DNA from: Ulvibacterium sp.
Lineage (GTDB): Bacteria; Bacteroidota; Bacteroidia; Flavobacteriales; Flavobacteriaceae
Reading direction: 5' to 3'
Length of the DNA stretch: 24,000 bases
Assembly (NCBI RefSeq): GCF_965228935.1
Contig: NZ_OZ245846.1
Location: forward strand, 127,537 to 151,536
Each line of letters opens with the position of its first letter. The stretch's first letter is position 1. Positions 23,793 through 24,000 of the stretch are shown here, one piece after another. A program made the translations under genes and the position numbers. The notes beneath the pieces were generated by a model, which was not told the origin of the DNA, ran no database searches, and was given only the letters and a program-made list of their open reading frames with translations.

Positions 23793-24000
23793 ATGTTGTT
23801 ATCGGCCATCATATTGGGACTTATGGGCAGCTTGCACTGTATAGGGATGTGCGGCCCCATTGCCTTCATGTTGCCGGTAGACAGGAACAACAATCTTAAA
23901 AAGCTTCTTCAGGTATCCATCTATCATTTTGGCAGATTACTTTCCTACGCCCTTATCGGTCTGGTGTTTGGGTTATTGGGTAAGGGACTCTATATCTTTG
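23793..24000 (+). CDS. DsbD_2 / TauE-SafE-like membrane protein of the cbb3 cluster (partial, continues past the window end)
   Basis: My translation from ATG 23793 gives MLLSAIILGLMGSLHCIGMCGPIAFMLPVDRNNNLKKLLQVSIYHFGRLLSYALIGLVFGLLGKG... with the HCxxMCGP motif. It is not in the ORF track because there is no stop in the window. Confidence 0.7.
   Translation, partial: MLLSAIILGLMGSLHCIGMCGPIAFMLPVDRNNNLKKLLQVSIYHFGRLLSYALIGLVFGLLGKGLYIF

Noticed and set aside
1-24000. Search for CRISPR arrays, tRNA/rRNA genes, prophage or defence-island signatures, and a hidden novel multi-gene system
   Set aside because: I saw no regularly spaced direct repeats, no cloverleaf-like or rRNA-like segments, and no integrase, toxin or nuclease-type ORFs. 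Apart from the 75-aa membrane protein, the ORFs called as genes fall into a recognisable housekeeping, catabolic or respiratory family; the rest are antisense shadows, and gene spacing is operon-like.

Overview
The window reads as a Bacteroidota (Flavobacteriaceae-like) core chromosomal region of about 40% GC. That placement is an inference from the fused ccoN-ccoO, the long-form urocanase, the TAnnTTTG-type promoter motifs and the lack of Shine-Dalgarno sites. There are four blocks. (1) 1-3365: a translationally coupled blaI-like repressor and BlaR1-like M56 sensor pair, divergent from a DUF456 membrane protein and an SxxK serine hydrolase. Three copies of a 16-bp palindrome sit in the shared control region. 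(2) 3384-11752: a nitroreductase, the histidine-utilisation genes hutH-hutI-hutU-hutG, and a convergent homogentisate dioxygenase. The hut cluster is split between hutU and hutG by an IS200-like/RAYT-type Y1 transposase gene flanked by REP-like hairpins. (3) 12118-15487: a respiration and stress block with NDH-2, a small membrane protein, a tandem Usp and a Crp/Fnr regulator. (4) 15608-24000: a complete cbb3 oxidase assembly cluster, ccoI-ccoS-ccoNO-ccoQ-ccoP-ccoG-fixH plus a partial DsbD_2/TauE-like gene. I found no rRNA, tRNA, CRISPR array, prophage or recognisable defence island, and no evidence for a wholly new multi-gene system. The most interesting signals are regulatory and structural. 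First, a 19-nt FNR-type box occurs three times at an identical offset from -7-like promoter motifs. Second, there is the triple BlaI-type operator. Third, the RAYT/REP insertion has a covarying hairpin pair. Fourth, several perfect 16-bp palindromes lie next to start codons. All protein family calls rest on motifs read by eye and recalled family knowledge; no database search was possible.
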